A stretch of 64,000 bases of DNA from Tubiluchus corallicola (Eukaryota; Animalia; Priapulida), in NCBI GenBank assembly GCA_030141605.1, contig JAQGDQ010000067.1:124001-188000 (forward strand). The letters are read 5' to 3'. The notes beneath the pieces are model-generated. The model was not told the origin of the DNA. It was given only the letters and a program-made list of their open reading frames with translations, and did not search any database. The position numbers and the translations under genes were made by a program. Positions 14,004-27,300 of this stretch are shown here, piece by piece (position 1 is the first letter of the stretch; each line of letters begins with the position of its first letter).

Positions 14004-14041
14004 AGCGATGTCGTTTCGGCTACTGAAGCCATTATCAAATT
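14004..14041 (-). ncRNA. Second, inverted hammerhead-like motif
   Basis: Reverse complement TTGATAA-T-GGCT-tcagt-AGCC-GAAA-CGACATC-GCT; stem II perfect, stem III damaged. Confidence 0.5.
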
Positions 14042-15449
14042 ATAAATCAAGCCAAAAAAGAATAAATAATATATTGATATACAGGCACGAACTGAAACTA
14101 CAAAACAGATTAGAATATAACTTATCAAAATAAACAAAGTTGTAAAATAAAAGAAATGCAGACAGAGAAATATACAAATTTTTTTTACCTAACACATGAG
14201 AAGCAAAAAAGAACACAACAGGTAAACAATTAATCCAAGTCTACATAATGAAGAACCTTCTCTATCGTGCGTACTCTCATTGTACATCGTGGCAACTGTT
14301 TCATGAGGAAGTTAAGAGCCTTGGGATTGAATTTTACAGAAATGGTTACATTTATGCCTTTTTTTATTACCATCTGCTATTATTTTTAGTGTGAATAAAT
14401 TGAGTTAAATGTGACCGATTTAGTGACTTTTGCCAGTCAGCAGATTTGTACCATTGTTTTGGCGCAGTGATAGAGTAGCGGATGCTTTGTAGACTTTTTG
14501 GCGTTTTTTAAATGGAAGCTTATCATTCTGTTTAGTTTAATAGATCTGATTTCATAAAGTAATTATTGACAATCCTTGTGAATTGATACAACAATTGGAA
14601 CGTATATTGTCTCCGCCTAGTGCTTCATTATCATTGTCAACTCTTGATTCCGCAGCACATCCCGTGTTTCTAAAGATACAGTACCGGGGAGCTCTTACAA
14701 TGCATTTTGTGAACCATTTGCATAAATTGTCTCCTGTTCCACTGCGTGTAGTTCTGGTTACAGTGAAGCTTTTCTCCTGTCTGCCAGTGACAAAAGGCAT
14801 TCACAAATTATTACGTTCTAAAGTTGTGTATGAGTATGGTGTATGCTCAGCATCTTACTTAGATCAGATGAAGCGTCATCTTTGTACTAGAATTGGGGAA
14901 CATTGCAAAGGCCAGCTTGGCTCTCACCATGCTGCATGCGGAGGTGACTGGGATGGCGTCAACTCATTACGAAGCGCCACCCAATTCTTAATTTCAACTT
15001 TCATCGGTCGTACCTTGTCACACTCCGTCTATTTCTGTTTTGAAATTTGTTTGGCTATGTTCCTCAGGATCTGTAGTGATCCTGGTGGATGTAATCTCTG
15101 TGTCACTTTCACATTGACACGCTGCGGCTTTCCCTTGTAAATGGTTGCTTTCCCTCTGTTGTAAATTGTGCAAAATTTAAATTTTCTTAAATGTAGAAGT
15201 TGCGTTTTATTTTTGTAATGCTTCCTGCTGCGGTTCTTCATTGCGTAGACTTGGATTAATTGTTTACCTGTTGTGTTCTTTTTTAGCTTCTCATGTGTTA
15301 GGTAATAAATGTTTAACATTTCTCTGCAATTTCTACTGTTACAACTTAGTTTATTTTGATAAGTTAAATTCTAATCTGTTGTTTTGTAGTTTCAGTTTGT
15401 GCCTTTGTATCACTAATGTATTATTAATTATTTTCTTGGCTTGATTTAT

Positions 15450-15488
15450 AGTTTGATAATAGCTTCAGTAGCCGAAACGATCGTCGCT
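15450..15488 (+). ncRNA. Minimal type I hammerhead ribozyme-like motif (U3:A8 variant)
   Basis: AGT-TTGATAA-T-AGCT-tcagt-AGCC-GAAA-CGATCG-TC-GCT, with palindromic stem III and GUC triplet, inside a Penelope pseudo-LTR. Confidence 0.65.
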
Positions 15489-16424
15489 CATTAAACATTG
15501 CAATTTATTTTCAACTGCATTTTATATCCAATTTTTTGAGTAAACTGTCTGACTTTTGTACATCTTGTTCTTTGTTATTCGAAATGTTGAAAACTTGAAC
15601 AGCTGGCAACAACACAACTAATAATTACCTGCGATTTCTGTGCACAGTTTTTAAACAGAAAAGCATGGTCTTTTTAATAATGATTCAAAACTTTCACAAA
15701 CTTTAAAACTGAATTTAAATTCGATTTTTGAAATTTAGTTAAATTCGCTTTCCGTTACAGAATGCTCACACTTAGTGAACGGATAACATTGTGATGGTCG
15801 TACCGTGAAGCACAACAGTGAGTATCGTGTTTTGGAATTTTTTTACTTTTCTATTGGTGTGTTGCGCCTGGTTTGAGAGAACATTCAGAGACTAGAGGCT
15901 CATGCCTAGACCCCCCCCCCACAATGAAGTACCAGAGCACTCATTGACAGTAGATCGTTTTTGCTATATCTACAGTTGTCGGTACATCGGTTTACAGTAT
16001 GAGAAAAAACTAGCCTAGAAAAATAAACAGTGTCTCAGTAAGTGTTTTGGGGTTATTCTGAGATGGGCGGTTTTTAGAGTAGTACACAAGGATGGGACAT
16101 TTAAAAAAAAATTCCGCTGCAACGGTCCATAGCATAACACAAAACAAAGTAAACATTTAATACCTACATTGTTTCGACACTGTTTAGCCTCTTAATTGCC
16201 ATGTAAAAATTTGCCCTGATAGGGCTTTCGTGGATGGCCCCCCAAATGCACTAGTACTAAGCTGCCATGATGCAAGGGCCATCATATAAAAATATAATCT
16301 AAAGATGTATAAGGAATAAAAAATTGTAATTGGAATTTGTCCCCCGAGGTGGTACGGATATCTGCTCTGGCCAAAGACTATAAGGGTTAGTTTACTGCAA
16401 CTAGTATTACCACTTATATATATA

Positions 16425-16830
16425 TAATATATATAATAATCTTTATTTGCCATTAAAAACATTGATAATCACTGATAAAAACTTTACAGAGATAATCAAT
16501 CAGTGTTAGTTAATAAAAACTTACACTGCTGAAGGCAAATGCGTCAGTGCAATCTAAACTACTGTGCAGTAATGACGAATAAAATCAAACATTTACAACC
16601 ATATACAAAAAAATAAAAAATAAACTATGATTTAATTAATATGGCCGTGGGTATATGAATTCTGAATTAGTGTGTATGTTGTCGTACTGGTGTGATGGCA
16701 TTTCATCTGGGTAATATTAGTGATTTTAATTTTGTTTTAAATGCTGTTAGGGACTTGATTTGTTTAACCTGTAATGGTAGAGAATTCCAAAGTAAAATTG
16801 CTTGTTTGATTACGGTTTGATTGTCGGTCA
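16425..16830 (-). mobile_element. L2-like LINE 3' remnant
   Basis: AILLWNSLPLQVKQIKSLTAFKTKLKSL followed by AATAAA on the - strand. Confidence 0.65.
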
Positions 16831-16838
16831 CTTAATTA

Positions 16839-18168
16839 CGGTGCATGGTAAAAATGGCACAGCAAAAAAATGGCATGGTAACATTGGCACAGGAAAAAAT
16901 AGCAGAAAGGAAAAGTAAAAAAATGGCAAATATACGTCATATTGATGCTATTGATTTCTGTAATAAAACTAAAATGCGCTCAGTAGGAAGCAGATCTCTG
17001 TCAAAGCTGAACAGAACAATCCTAAACTTATTTGTCGGATTCTTTTGATTACAAAAATTAATGCAAGGATAAACAAGCAAACATACACAAATGTGCCTGC
17101 ATTGATATTATATAGATTAGCAAAAGTCTCAAGTGTTTGTACATTAAATAGATTTATAATCAGTAATGTACGAAAATTCCACATTGTTGTGTTTTGTCTC
17201 TCTCGGAAGGCTCGTAGAGAGAACCAGAAAACACACCGTCAAATTAAACTAGTTTATTAAGCGAGAATTCTACAACACAAAAGTATGAAGGAACACGAAA
17301 TGATTACACTAAACGTGAAAATCCGGAAAACGTTTGAGTGTATCTGAGAATGTAAGTATACAAGAGAATGTGTAAGTATACGTCCGTGCGAGATCTGCGT
17401 GCTCCCTTGTCAGCGGCCTGCTTCGCCTTATATAGCGCGTCCAAGAAGCTTCCAGAAGGTAAGACGATCATTCCAACAGAACATTCTACAATGTTCTATG
17501 TAATTCTGATAGATGCCAGCGATTTCCACAACACACATAGAGTTTATCTACCTTTTTAAACACTAATTTTGTGGTTTAACCACTATACGTATTTAAATAA
17601 CAAGTCACCTTGTAAGGCTGAGCGGATTAATAATCAAAGGTTACAGACAGCGTCACACAGTTTTACAAGCGAGAAATTCTCGAAATGGGACAGGAACTAA
17701 CTCGTAGTACATTGTTTGTCCAAGTGGAGATAAAAAAGCAGTACTAAACACGTTGTTTGTCCAGGTGTGATAAAAAGGCAGTACTAAACATTTCTGTGAG
17801 ACCTCCACGAAGTGTTTCACAAATATTTTTGGTACGTGGTGTTCGGTCAAGTTTTTCAAAACAAGGATCGGCAAAAAAATTGAAATTTTGGCACCTATAC
17901 CTCCACAAAGTTTTATGGAAATCTGTTAGGTAGTTATTGCGTAATAGGCTTACCGCCATGACAGACAAAAAACAACCAAACAAACTGTTTTGAAGCATAA
18001 CTTCCTTAACAGCGGTAAAAATAACTAAAATAATTATACCCCAGGGTAATCTAACTCTAAACTCATATTTTACTAAGTGTGCCATTTTTCCTGTGCCATT
18101 TTTTCTTATCCATTTTACCTGTGCCATTTTACCTACTTTTCTATTTGTGCCATTTTACCTACATTGTG
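16839..18168. mobile_element. Non-autonomous DNA transposon with inverted subterminal repeat arrays
   Basis: Tandem GGTAAAAATGGCAC-like units at 16846-16930 are mirrored by GTGCCATTTTACC units at 18077-18160; both ends are flanked by TAATTA. Superfamily not determined. Confidence 0.6.
17185..17533 (-). mobile_element. Solo LTR, 349 bp
   Basis: Termini TGTTGTG..CACAACA; perfect 5-bp TSD CACAT (17180-17184, 17534-17538); TATA-like motif and AATAAA on the - strand. Confidence 0.85.
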
Positions 18169-18389
18169 TAATTACATCATGAACCAGGGCATTATGTCAT
18201 CTCACTAAACACGCCTGTTCTGTTAAAGTAAATTGGAAATTTCAGTACATATTTTTATGATAGTTGCATATTAGCTGGCCTAGTACAGGTGTGTATATTA
18301 CCGAAATTAACATGGTGTCAAAGCTCGACAGTAAGTAGATGCGTAGTGGGTGAATCACTTTGATTCTTATTCTGGTCAGTTTCACTCAC

Positions 18390-18805
18390 CCAATCATCAT
18401 GCTGATTTGATGGCACTATATGTAGAGGAGTAATGTATAGACATCCGAATATGACTGAGATCCCTCTCCCAATTGAGTGGCCTCAACTTAGAGGTATAGT
18501 GTTGAATGAGTCAGATTCCGGTCTTGCCACTAATTTCCTGCTAGTTAATACATTCTTGTGCTGAAGAAAAGCATGCATTGCTTGTTGCTTTCTACTTTTA
18601 AAATAATCATCTTCGGTGCTTAGAAAAGTGCCAATGTACTTGCACTTTTTCCAAAACTGATTACCATCTCTTGCAGTAATATATTCTTCTTCTATTTTTG
18701 ACTGGTTTACTTGAAAATTTCTATTCTCTAGTTTTTTTTGGAAAATTCCTTTTTATTGTGTTAGCTTGAAAATTTGATACACTTATCCATCCTATATCGT
18801 CTGCG
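18390..18805 (-). mobile_element. LINE RT remnant (RTE-like)
   Basis: QYADDIGWIS and WKKCKYIGTFL; a related fragment lies on + at 45385-45650. Confidence 0.65.
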
Positions 18806-19077
18806 TATTGTTGATCAATAAGGAATGGCTCATAAGATCCCAAAGCAGGATAGGAGTGGTCCCAGAATACGTTCAGGAAGGTTATCACAGACAGACGTAT
18901 TGTATAGAACAATACTTCGAACGTGTGACACTTGGGCGCCATTCTGCTGGGCAAGAGCAACTGCTAGCAACTTGCCAACATGTATTTTCAACGGCGTTTC
19001 GCGTATGTTTAGATCTATATGTTTGTCGCTAAAAGAAATTGAAAATAACCTTTTTGTTTTTTCTGATTGCAGTAATA

Positions 19078-19351
19078 AAGGCCTACCAGTAGCCGTCAAA
19101 AATATAAGTTAATCTAATAATTCTACCTTGTTCCGACAATATAAATGCAGATATTATCTGTAATACGATATCCATTATTAGAGAACTTAAAATTTAAATG
19201 TCAGCTCCTGCTGTACACTTCTACAGTGTGTATCTACTTGGCAGCATGCCAAGCGAACAGCCAGATGGCAGGTCAAACCACTTTTGCCGTGATCAAGCCA
19301 CAAACTACAATAGAGGCCTTCCAGTAGCCGTCAAAAATATAACTTAATCTA
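19078..19351. repeat. ~40-bp direct repeat pair
   Basis: AGAGGCCTACCAGTAGCCGTCAAAAATATAAGTTAATCTA-like sequence at ~19078 and ~19311. Confidence 0.8.
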
Positions 19352-21569
19352 CACAATTAGGTCTGTATTTAATAATATTATTGCAGCTATTTCTAGAGAA
19401 ATTCTTTTACAATTTTAATAAAATTTGTTATTTCGCTCCGTATTAGACTAGTTTTATGCTGGTAGATAAATAAATTAGTTACTAACCAGCATTTTTAATT
19501 TATAATTATTACAGATGTAAGTATCCTGTTAAAATCAATAAATTTACTTCTAATCTAAAAATAGTTTGCAATGCTCTGTTTATCAAATTTACATATTTGG
19601 GTGAATTTAACAACTTGAATAGTCACTAAAAACTTGCTTTCTAGGTATAGATATTAAACAGTATGTAATTTTTCACAACTTGAAAAACAGTCCACAGTTA
19701 AGCGACTTGAGCTAATAAGAGAAGACCAATTTAAAAAAAGTAGTTGATTAGCAGTTATGTTCCTAATGACCATGAAATAGATCTAATATTCTTATGCTGT
19801 GTCCCAAAAACCTTTTTCATGTACTGTTTTCTGTAGGTTTTAAGTTGGACACTGATAATGGGCTGTACTATCCTCTGTAAAAGTAGTACACTGTTGAAAA
19901 GAAAAGTTTTTAAACGGTTTAAAAAGGTTTTCCTAGTAGAAAATATTTAAGGATACATCTGAATAACCCTACATTTAAAAACCTTTCTAAGGGGTTTTCT
20001 TCAAGAAAACCTTTTACAGAAAACCCCACATGAAATTTTTTCACAAAGAAACCTGTTCAGAAGACTTTTCTGTGTTGAATGAATAAACCCACAATTGTTG
20101 AATTTTGAAACCAAATTTGCTCCAAAATAGGAAATTTATATGAAAAATTTGGAATACACCCTAGATTTGAACCAGGGATATCTTGAAAACGATAATTTGA
20201 AATTTAGTTTCAAATTCAACAATTATTGTGGACTTATTCCATCTAAAGATAATGAGAGCAATCATGAAATTATAAATAATTAGTTTCTTCTGCAACTGGT
20301 ATTTTAACGGGATAGCTACCATTAAAAAGCCAAAAACTTGCTTTGAAATCATTATTACACAAGCTAAACAAAGCATTAAATTATAATTGCTACTTTTCTT
20401 TAAAATGAATAAAAATACTACATAACCACATATTTACCATTTTAAAAGAATTATTTAAGATAAAGACTGAAATACAGTAGTTGCAATTACATTGCAATAA
20501 TTAATCTGGCATATAAAATACTGAACATAATTGAGCTATTCTTAAAATTAAATATAAAAATTCATAGTATTTTAGGTTAGCGCAACGCTGTGTTTCACTG
20601 TAACTAGTGGACGTTTTTGACTGTATCAAAAACTGTGGTAAGATTCTGCTTCTGTGACAGGAGATGCTTTACCAGCTTTTTCGTATTTACAAATAAAAAT
20701 TGTTTTCAAAATAATTAACCAGACCGTCAATGACGGTGTAACTGCCCTGAAGAAAAGTTTGCAATAACCATAACAAACTTGTATGACTGGCGTATTGGTG
20801 GTCATATGTTATCACGTTGCCATGCCGTCCTACCAGTATACAAATGCGTTAGTGTCAGAAAAACTCTGATAGTGCCTTTACACCAGCCACTAATTATAAT
20901 GCCCTAGATTGTTACATCCAGCTGTGTTGTCTTCCTATTAACTTTGCATTTAGCATCTTCAGAAATCAGGCCCAGAGCAAATACTTAAAGTTTTGATTCT
21001 AATACTGAGTTTCTAAGCTTATAGTACCCTATAATTATAACACAATTGTTTTTGACATTTCCTTTAGATGCCCTGTTGGTGACCCCCGATGGCCCAAAAT
21101 TTTTGAACTTGATCATTCAGTTTGACATGCATTTTATGCAAAGGTTACTACTATACACCAACAATCTAAGAAGAAGGACAAAGGGTTTTGGTAAAAAATA
21201 AGGAAAATTAAGTCATTTGTCAACAATGTTCGACATTTTAATGAGCCGCCTCTGCATAAGCTTTAATTTGATATATTACACAATATGTTTGACATTTCCT
21301 GCAGGGCCAACATTTGTTAGTGTCAAACCTGCCTCACCCCAAGCTTTAATTTGTTATATTACTTGATATGATTGAGACACTACCTGTTGCTGACCTATGG
21401 GTGACACCGGATGGGCCAACATTTTGGCACTATCTAAAACTGTAGTATTACAATGTTTTCTGTACGTTGCATCTGTTTCGCCCCAGAATTGTCAAAGAAT
21501 ACGTACTCTATCGTACTTAGATTTTATCTTGTTTGGCAGTTTACCTGTTTTTCTTATGATAGATCTAGA

Positions 21570-23020
21570 AATATCGGCCATAACGAAGTAAAACTCCAAA
21601 AAGTACCTATATGACTCACACTGCAGAGATAATTTAGTAACTGAGCTAGCATCAGTTAACCGGGACGAGGTATTGCTATGTAACAATATCAATCTATCAT
21701 ATGAAACATTTTTTAATCAATTGCATAGAATTTATATTAAACACGTCGATGAAAAAAACATAAATTAATTTCCATAAAAAACGCTGGATAACTCGAACCA
21801 TAATATAAAACATTTTATACAGACATTTAATAAAGCACTCTCCATGGGAAACATACAGAAAATATTGAAACAAACTGAATAAACTAATTAAAACGACAAA
21901 ACAAAATTATTACCTAGATAAATTTGATAATTATAAATCTGATACTAAAAAACTTGGCGCACAATGAAAGTGCTCATGCATAAAGAAACAGAAAATTCTC
22001 CTATTAGATTAAAAGTAAATACCCGACTAATAACAGATGATAATGAAATAGCAAATGCGTTTAATGACTATTTCTCAAACATCGGGTGTAAGTAAGTTAG
22101 CCAGTTCCATACTGATGGTAATCCATCTAAATAGTTAAAAGGTTACTGTCATTCTTTTTGTGTTACACCCATTACTGCTTCTGATATAAATGAATTAATA
22201 AAATCTTTCCAACCAAATAAAAGCCCAGGAAAAGATAATTTGTCACCTAGAGTCTTAATTGATATAAAATATCACATTTCAGCCCCTTTAGCACATATTA
22301 TAAACTTATCCGTCGAAAATGGATGTATTCCTAATAAGCTAAAGGCATCGGTAATTATTCCTTTGTTTAAAGGTAAGAACCCCATCCCTCCTACCATTTT
22401 TTTCTAAAATTTTTGAAAAAGCTTTTTATGTTCAGTTGCCTAAACAAAAAAAATATTATTAATACAGAGCAGTTTGGATTCAGGAAAGGCAGTTCAACTG
22501 AAATTGCTTTACTTAAAATTGTGAAAAACATAATATAGAAGATCAAAAATGTTGCTTGGTATTTTTTGTTTTGACACGGTCGACCATGATATACTACTAT
22601 CAAAACTATTTTACTATGAACTCGGACAAATTTCTATGTGGTTCAAAATTAATAAGCTTTCCCTAAATCCATCGAAAATTAAATCCATTGTTTTAGGTCA
22701 CATGGTAAAAATATTCCAAGTAATATCGATATTCATAACAAGGTGCCCATAACAAGAATAAATGAAATTTTTAGGTGTAATTATTAATGAATTTTTAGAA
22801 TGGCAAGCACACATTAATCTGCTAAAAGTTAAAATGTCAAAAAACATCGGAATTATTTCACATATAATTTATTTCCAAAAAACATATGGAAAACTTATGA
22901 ATATCCGTTAATTTGAACTAAAATTATACAGTGATGTACATTATATATATATATGTAAAATGTATGTTACTAGTATGATAATTACTATTGATATGAAATA
23001 AATAAATTTGAAAAATTTAA
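21570..23020 (+). mobile_element. CR1/L2-like LINE ORF2 remnant with internal deletions
   Basis: IANAFNDYFSNIG, KAPGKDNL, QFGFRKGSSTEIALL, FDTVDHDILLSKL, WFKINKLSLNPSK; AATAAA tail. Confidence 0.8.
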
Positions 23021-24399
23021 AAATACAAAGCCTGCAGGGACAGATACGTAGCCAACTTTCAAACTTAAAAATGAAAACGCAAAATGGAAATTTTTTACAG
23101 ATTATACTGTAGGCCAAAACTTTTGTCCGTTGAAGTTAACAATAACAGTTAATTTGACGGCCAGCGTATCATTGGGTTATTGTGTGAATAGGTTTAACTG
23201 TGCGTATAGATTCGTCTGAGCATATTTAATATAGCACCTATGATAATTATGGCAGTGGATGTACAGTGTATACGTCTTTACACTGCCTGTAATTGACGTC
23301 AAACAGATTGGCCTACGATCAACCCCCGCTACAACGTAAGCACGCTCAGCAGTATTAGGGACAACAGCTCACGCAGGGCAACAACTGTCTAAGCTAAACT
23401 AAACTAAACAACATAACAGTCACAACGAATGTCTAATCAGCAGATAAACTGATTGCTCTTTTTCATAAACACAAATTTGCAGAGCAGCAGCTATTTTAAC
23501 AGAAATTAACACTTCAAATAGCCAAAAAAATGACTTTTCAATTTAAACAGAATGCAGAGACGAAGTTTCAAAGCACTACAAATACAGAGACATAAATATA
23601 ATAAAGAAACTAAGCCAGTTAGCCTTGCTTTACAATAAATGAACAACAAAAATATTAAGTCTCTCTTGCCTTTAAACATACGAACATCAAGCCTGCGATG
23701 TATTTTTCTATATTAATTAACCATGTGCTCGTCTGCAAGATTGATTAAGTTTTTGTATTTTTCCGTTTGTCAGGCTACAGAAATGGAATAAATTTGACTG
23801 TTCCATTGCATAGACGACCTTATATTGAATGCCCGAGTCACATAAGTCCCAACCTTGATTATAACCAGAAAAATAGCGTGAAAATAGCTAATATTACATT
23901 AATGTATAATATAAGTTTTGACCACATTTGAATTAATTTTGACTGTGCAGATCTCATTGAGGTTTACAAAAACTGGCCAGAAAGGAAACACTTTGTTTCG
24001 TCATTATTTGAAGTTAATCAACAATAGTTGTTTTTATCTAACTTGCAAAGCCATAAACTAAACTAAACTGCACATTTTTTTTTTTGATTGCAAAATGGTT
24101 TAATCAGCAACTCATAGACATAAGCATTGTGCATTTCTTTCTATAAACGAAATTAGACTATATATTTCCACCAATTCACTTGCAATTTCAATTGACAATA
24201 ATAAAATCTATAATCACGCTAATATTTCTCCCGCTAAGTAATGAAAAGTTGAGAATTTTTCATAACAGTGTCAGACAGAGCTGTAGCTAAATGTCCCGAA
24301 CGTACATGTGTGTGTGTGTTGAAATAACTTGCACGCAGATTGGGCATTAACGAAAATGATTGACATTATGTTAGTTAGACGTTAATTGTAGGCGCACAA

Positions 24400-27300
24400 G
24401 TAGAAGTTCAGTAGAAATACGCGAGTATTGTAACAGAAAGGTTCAATTGCCGAGTGCAAAAACCTGGAGAGCCGGTAGACGCATTCATACAGTATTTACA
24501 TATCCTTGCAGATAATTGTGAACATGAGGAATTGAAGAATGAGCTTATCAGGGACTGCATCATTCTAGGTGCCCAAGATGATAGCTTGAACAAACTGGAG
24601 GCAAAAACAAACTTGACCTTAGAAGCGATTATGCATTTAGCTAGACATCATGAAGGAAGAAAACAAAATACAGATGTTCTGAGAGGCACTTCAGAGGAAG
24701 AAGAATATTTCAAGCGTCAAAAGTCATGTCATACAAAAGGTAGTGCTTGTCAGGAAATTCCCTGGTATTAAAGGTTCTCTTTGTTCAGGAACATGCATTG
24801 CACAAGTACAACAATGATTTATCAATTCTTCTGTCTGAGAACTGATTCCAGGCCAGTACAATGAAGCTTGTGCCAAACCAGGCACTTATTGATTCCACGA
24901 TGTCCTTCATGAAGTCTCTCTAAAACATCTAACCTCATTGACCTTGGGACAGCTATGCGGTTATCATACATCAGTAAGTTGTCGATTATGTTGAAATGAT
25001 GCCTTTGTGCCCAAAATGGCCGTAACCTACCACGTGGAGCATATCCCAGCCATCCTTGATTAACGCATTAATCACTTCATGTAGTACTTCATCTTTGCTT
25101 TGCTCATGAATGTTGAAACTCAGTTTCATGGATGAAGCTGAAATGCTCTTCATTGTATGATCAGCTAAATCTTCTACTGCTTTGCCCAAATTGTAATCCT
25201 CGTCTGCTGGTAGATTTGATGGAGCTCTGCTCAAAGCAACTGCTCACGTCTGGTTCTTGCAAGGCACATGCTCAATAGTATACTAGAATCTCATGGGACA
25301 AAGACAAAATCTCAAAATGCGAGGGGGCATCTTGCAAAATGAACTCGGTAGAGGGATTAGTGGCTTATGATCACTCTGAATTCGAACATGCATTCCTTGA
25401 ATGTGCTTTTAAAATTTTTCACATGCCTAGGTGCACGCTAATGCTGTTTTCTCTATTACAGCCTATCCTTTCTCTGTATCCGTTAAAGATCTGGACGCTG
25501 TAGCAAAATTACACCAAGTCCTACATGAGAAGCATCTGCAGTAATTATGGTTGGCTTTGAAACATCATAATGGGCAAGAGTTTGAGGAGATGTTAAAGAG
25601 TCTTTTATTTCTGAAAATGCCATCTCCTGACTTTCTCCCCACAACCATGCACTGTCCTTCTTCAAAAGTGAGCGCAGTGGCTTGTTTAATGTTGTTAAAT
25701 TTGGCACAAAGTTACCCAACTGATTAATCATCCCCAAAAACCTCTGTAGTTCAGTAATATTGGTAGGTGTGGGACACTGCTGAATCACTGCAGTCTTATC
25801 CAGATCTGGATGAATACCTGAAGCATCCACTATATGTCCAACAATTTTGATCTGTTTCGAGGTGATCAAAGTCTTTTCAGCTTTTCAGAATTAAGGGTTA
25901 ATCCCACTTGCTTTATTCTTTCTAAAACGCGCCTAACATGGTCGTTGTGTTCTTCTTGATAACTTCTTTGAATGAGTACATCATCGATGTGGCAAACCAC
26001 TCCACTATCATCAAGGAGCTGTGATATTTAACGTTGGTAATCTTCTCGGGCTGAGCAAATTCCAAAAGGAATTCTGTTGAAACAAAACCTATCCCAGGGA
26101 GTAATAAAAGTCATTAATATGCACGACTTTTCAACAAGTGAAAACTGCCAAAATCCTGAAATGGCATCTAACATGCTAAAAAACTTGTCATTAGCCAATT
26201 TTGCTGCACACTCCTCCACATTTGCTACAGGATGATGCTCTCGCTTAACCATTTCGTTAAGTTTTGTCAAGTCAAAGCAGATACTGACCATTTCACTTCT
26301 TTGGTGTGGGAACAATGCCGCTACACCAATCAGTTGGTTGGTTTACTGGTGAAATGACTCCATCACGAAACACTTTTTGTCTAACTCAGCTTTGTACTGT
26401 TCTTTTCAGGTTGTGGAACACCTTGTGGAGTTGTTTCACAATACGGTGTACAGTTCTCAATCTGCGTAATATGATACTCATAATTCTTCACTTAACCAAG
26501 CCCTTTAAAAAGTTCTGGATATTCTCTTTCGAAATCCACTGGTTCCGCTGAACTAACCATATAGACTTCTTCACTAGGCTTCAGAAGTCCTAGTTGAAAT
26601 ATCATTTTGCGGCTGAGTAATTACCGGTGTTGACCTTTTATAACATATAGAGTATCCTCAGCTGTTTGCTCCTCATTTGAAAGTTTTGCACAAACTCACC
26701 ATTTACAGGAAGATTGACATTAGAAGGTCTCTCAACTTCTTAGTGGAGGACTGTAACTTGGTCCTAGGCGGTAAGTGCTCTTCACTCATTACCGTGACAA
26801 TGGCACTTGTGTCTAACTTAAACACACAATGTCGATCATTTACCATTATGTTTGTTCTCGGTAATCTTCTACTTGTGTTACAGTACCTAGAAATGGATAT
26901 TCATCTTCCGAATCTACTTTGTGAACACCTTTGTTCCCATTTCCATGCTTTGGACGTTCCTTCCTCGATGGTTTACTCCTCCTCGATTTGGTGTCAACCA
27001 CTTTACAAGCTCTCTTATAATGGCCAACTTTACCATAAGCATTGCAAGTAACATCTCTTGCCAAACATTTTTCTCTGTTGTGGTATGTTCCTAGGCAATA
27101 TGGACATTTAGACACTTGAGACACATTTAGAAAGTTGAATGCAATTTGTTTCAACATAAGGGTATGAATTACTTTCTTTTGGTGGACTACTATTGCGTTT
27201 TATAGAAATCCAGAAGTTGGAGTCACTTGACGCAAGCAACAGAATGGTCCATCTGAAGTCCATATATTCAATCCATGGGATTCCAGAAATTTTAGTTAGT

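Larger units (their letters stand above)
13994..15498 (+). mobile_element. Truncated Penelope-like element with inverted pseudo-LTRs
   Basis: GIY-YIG remnant (SKVVYEY..CSASYLDQMKRHLCTRIGEH) within 14583-14930; ~265-bp inverted repeats at 13994-14257 and 15232-15498. Confidence 0.85.

Noticed and set aside
21076-21092. tRNA-Trp-like PBS TGGTGACCCCCGA
   Set aside because: No adjacent LTR end or gag; part of a local degenerate repeat that recurs near 21400.
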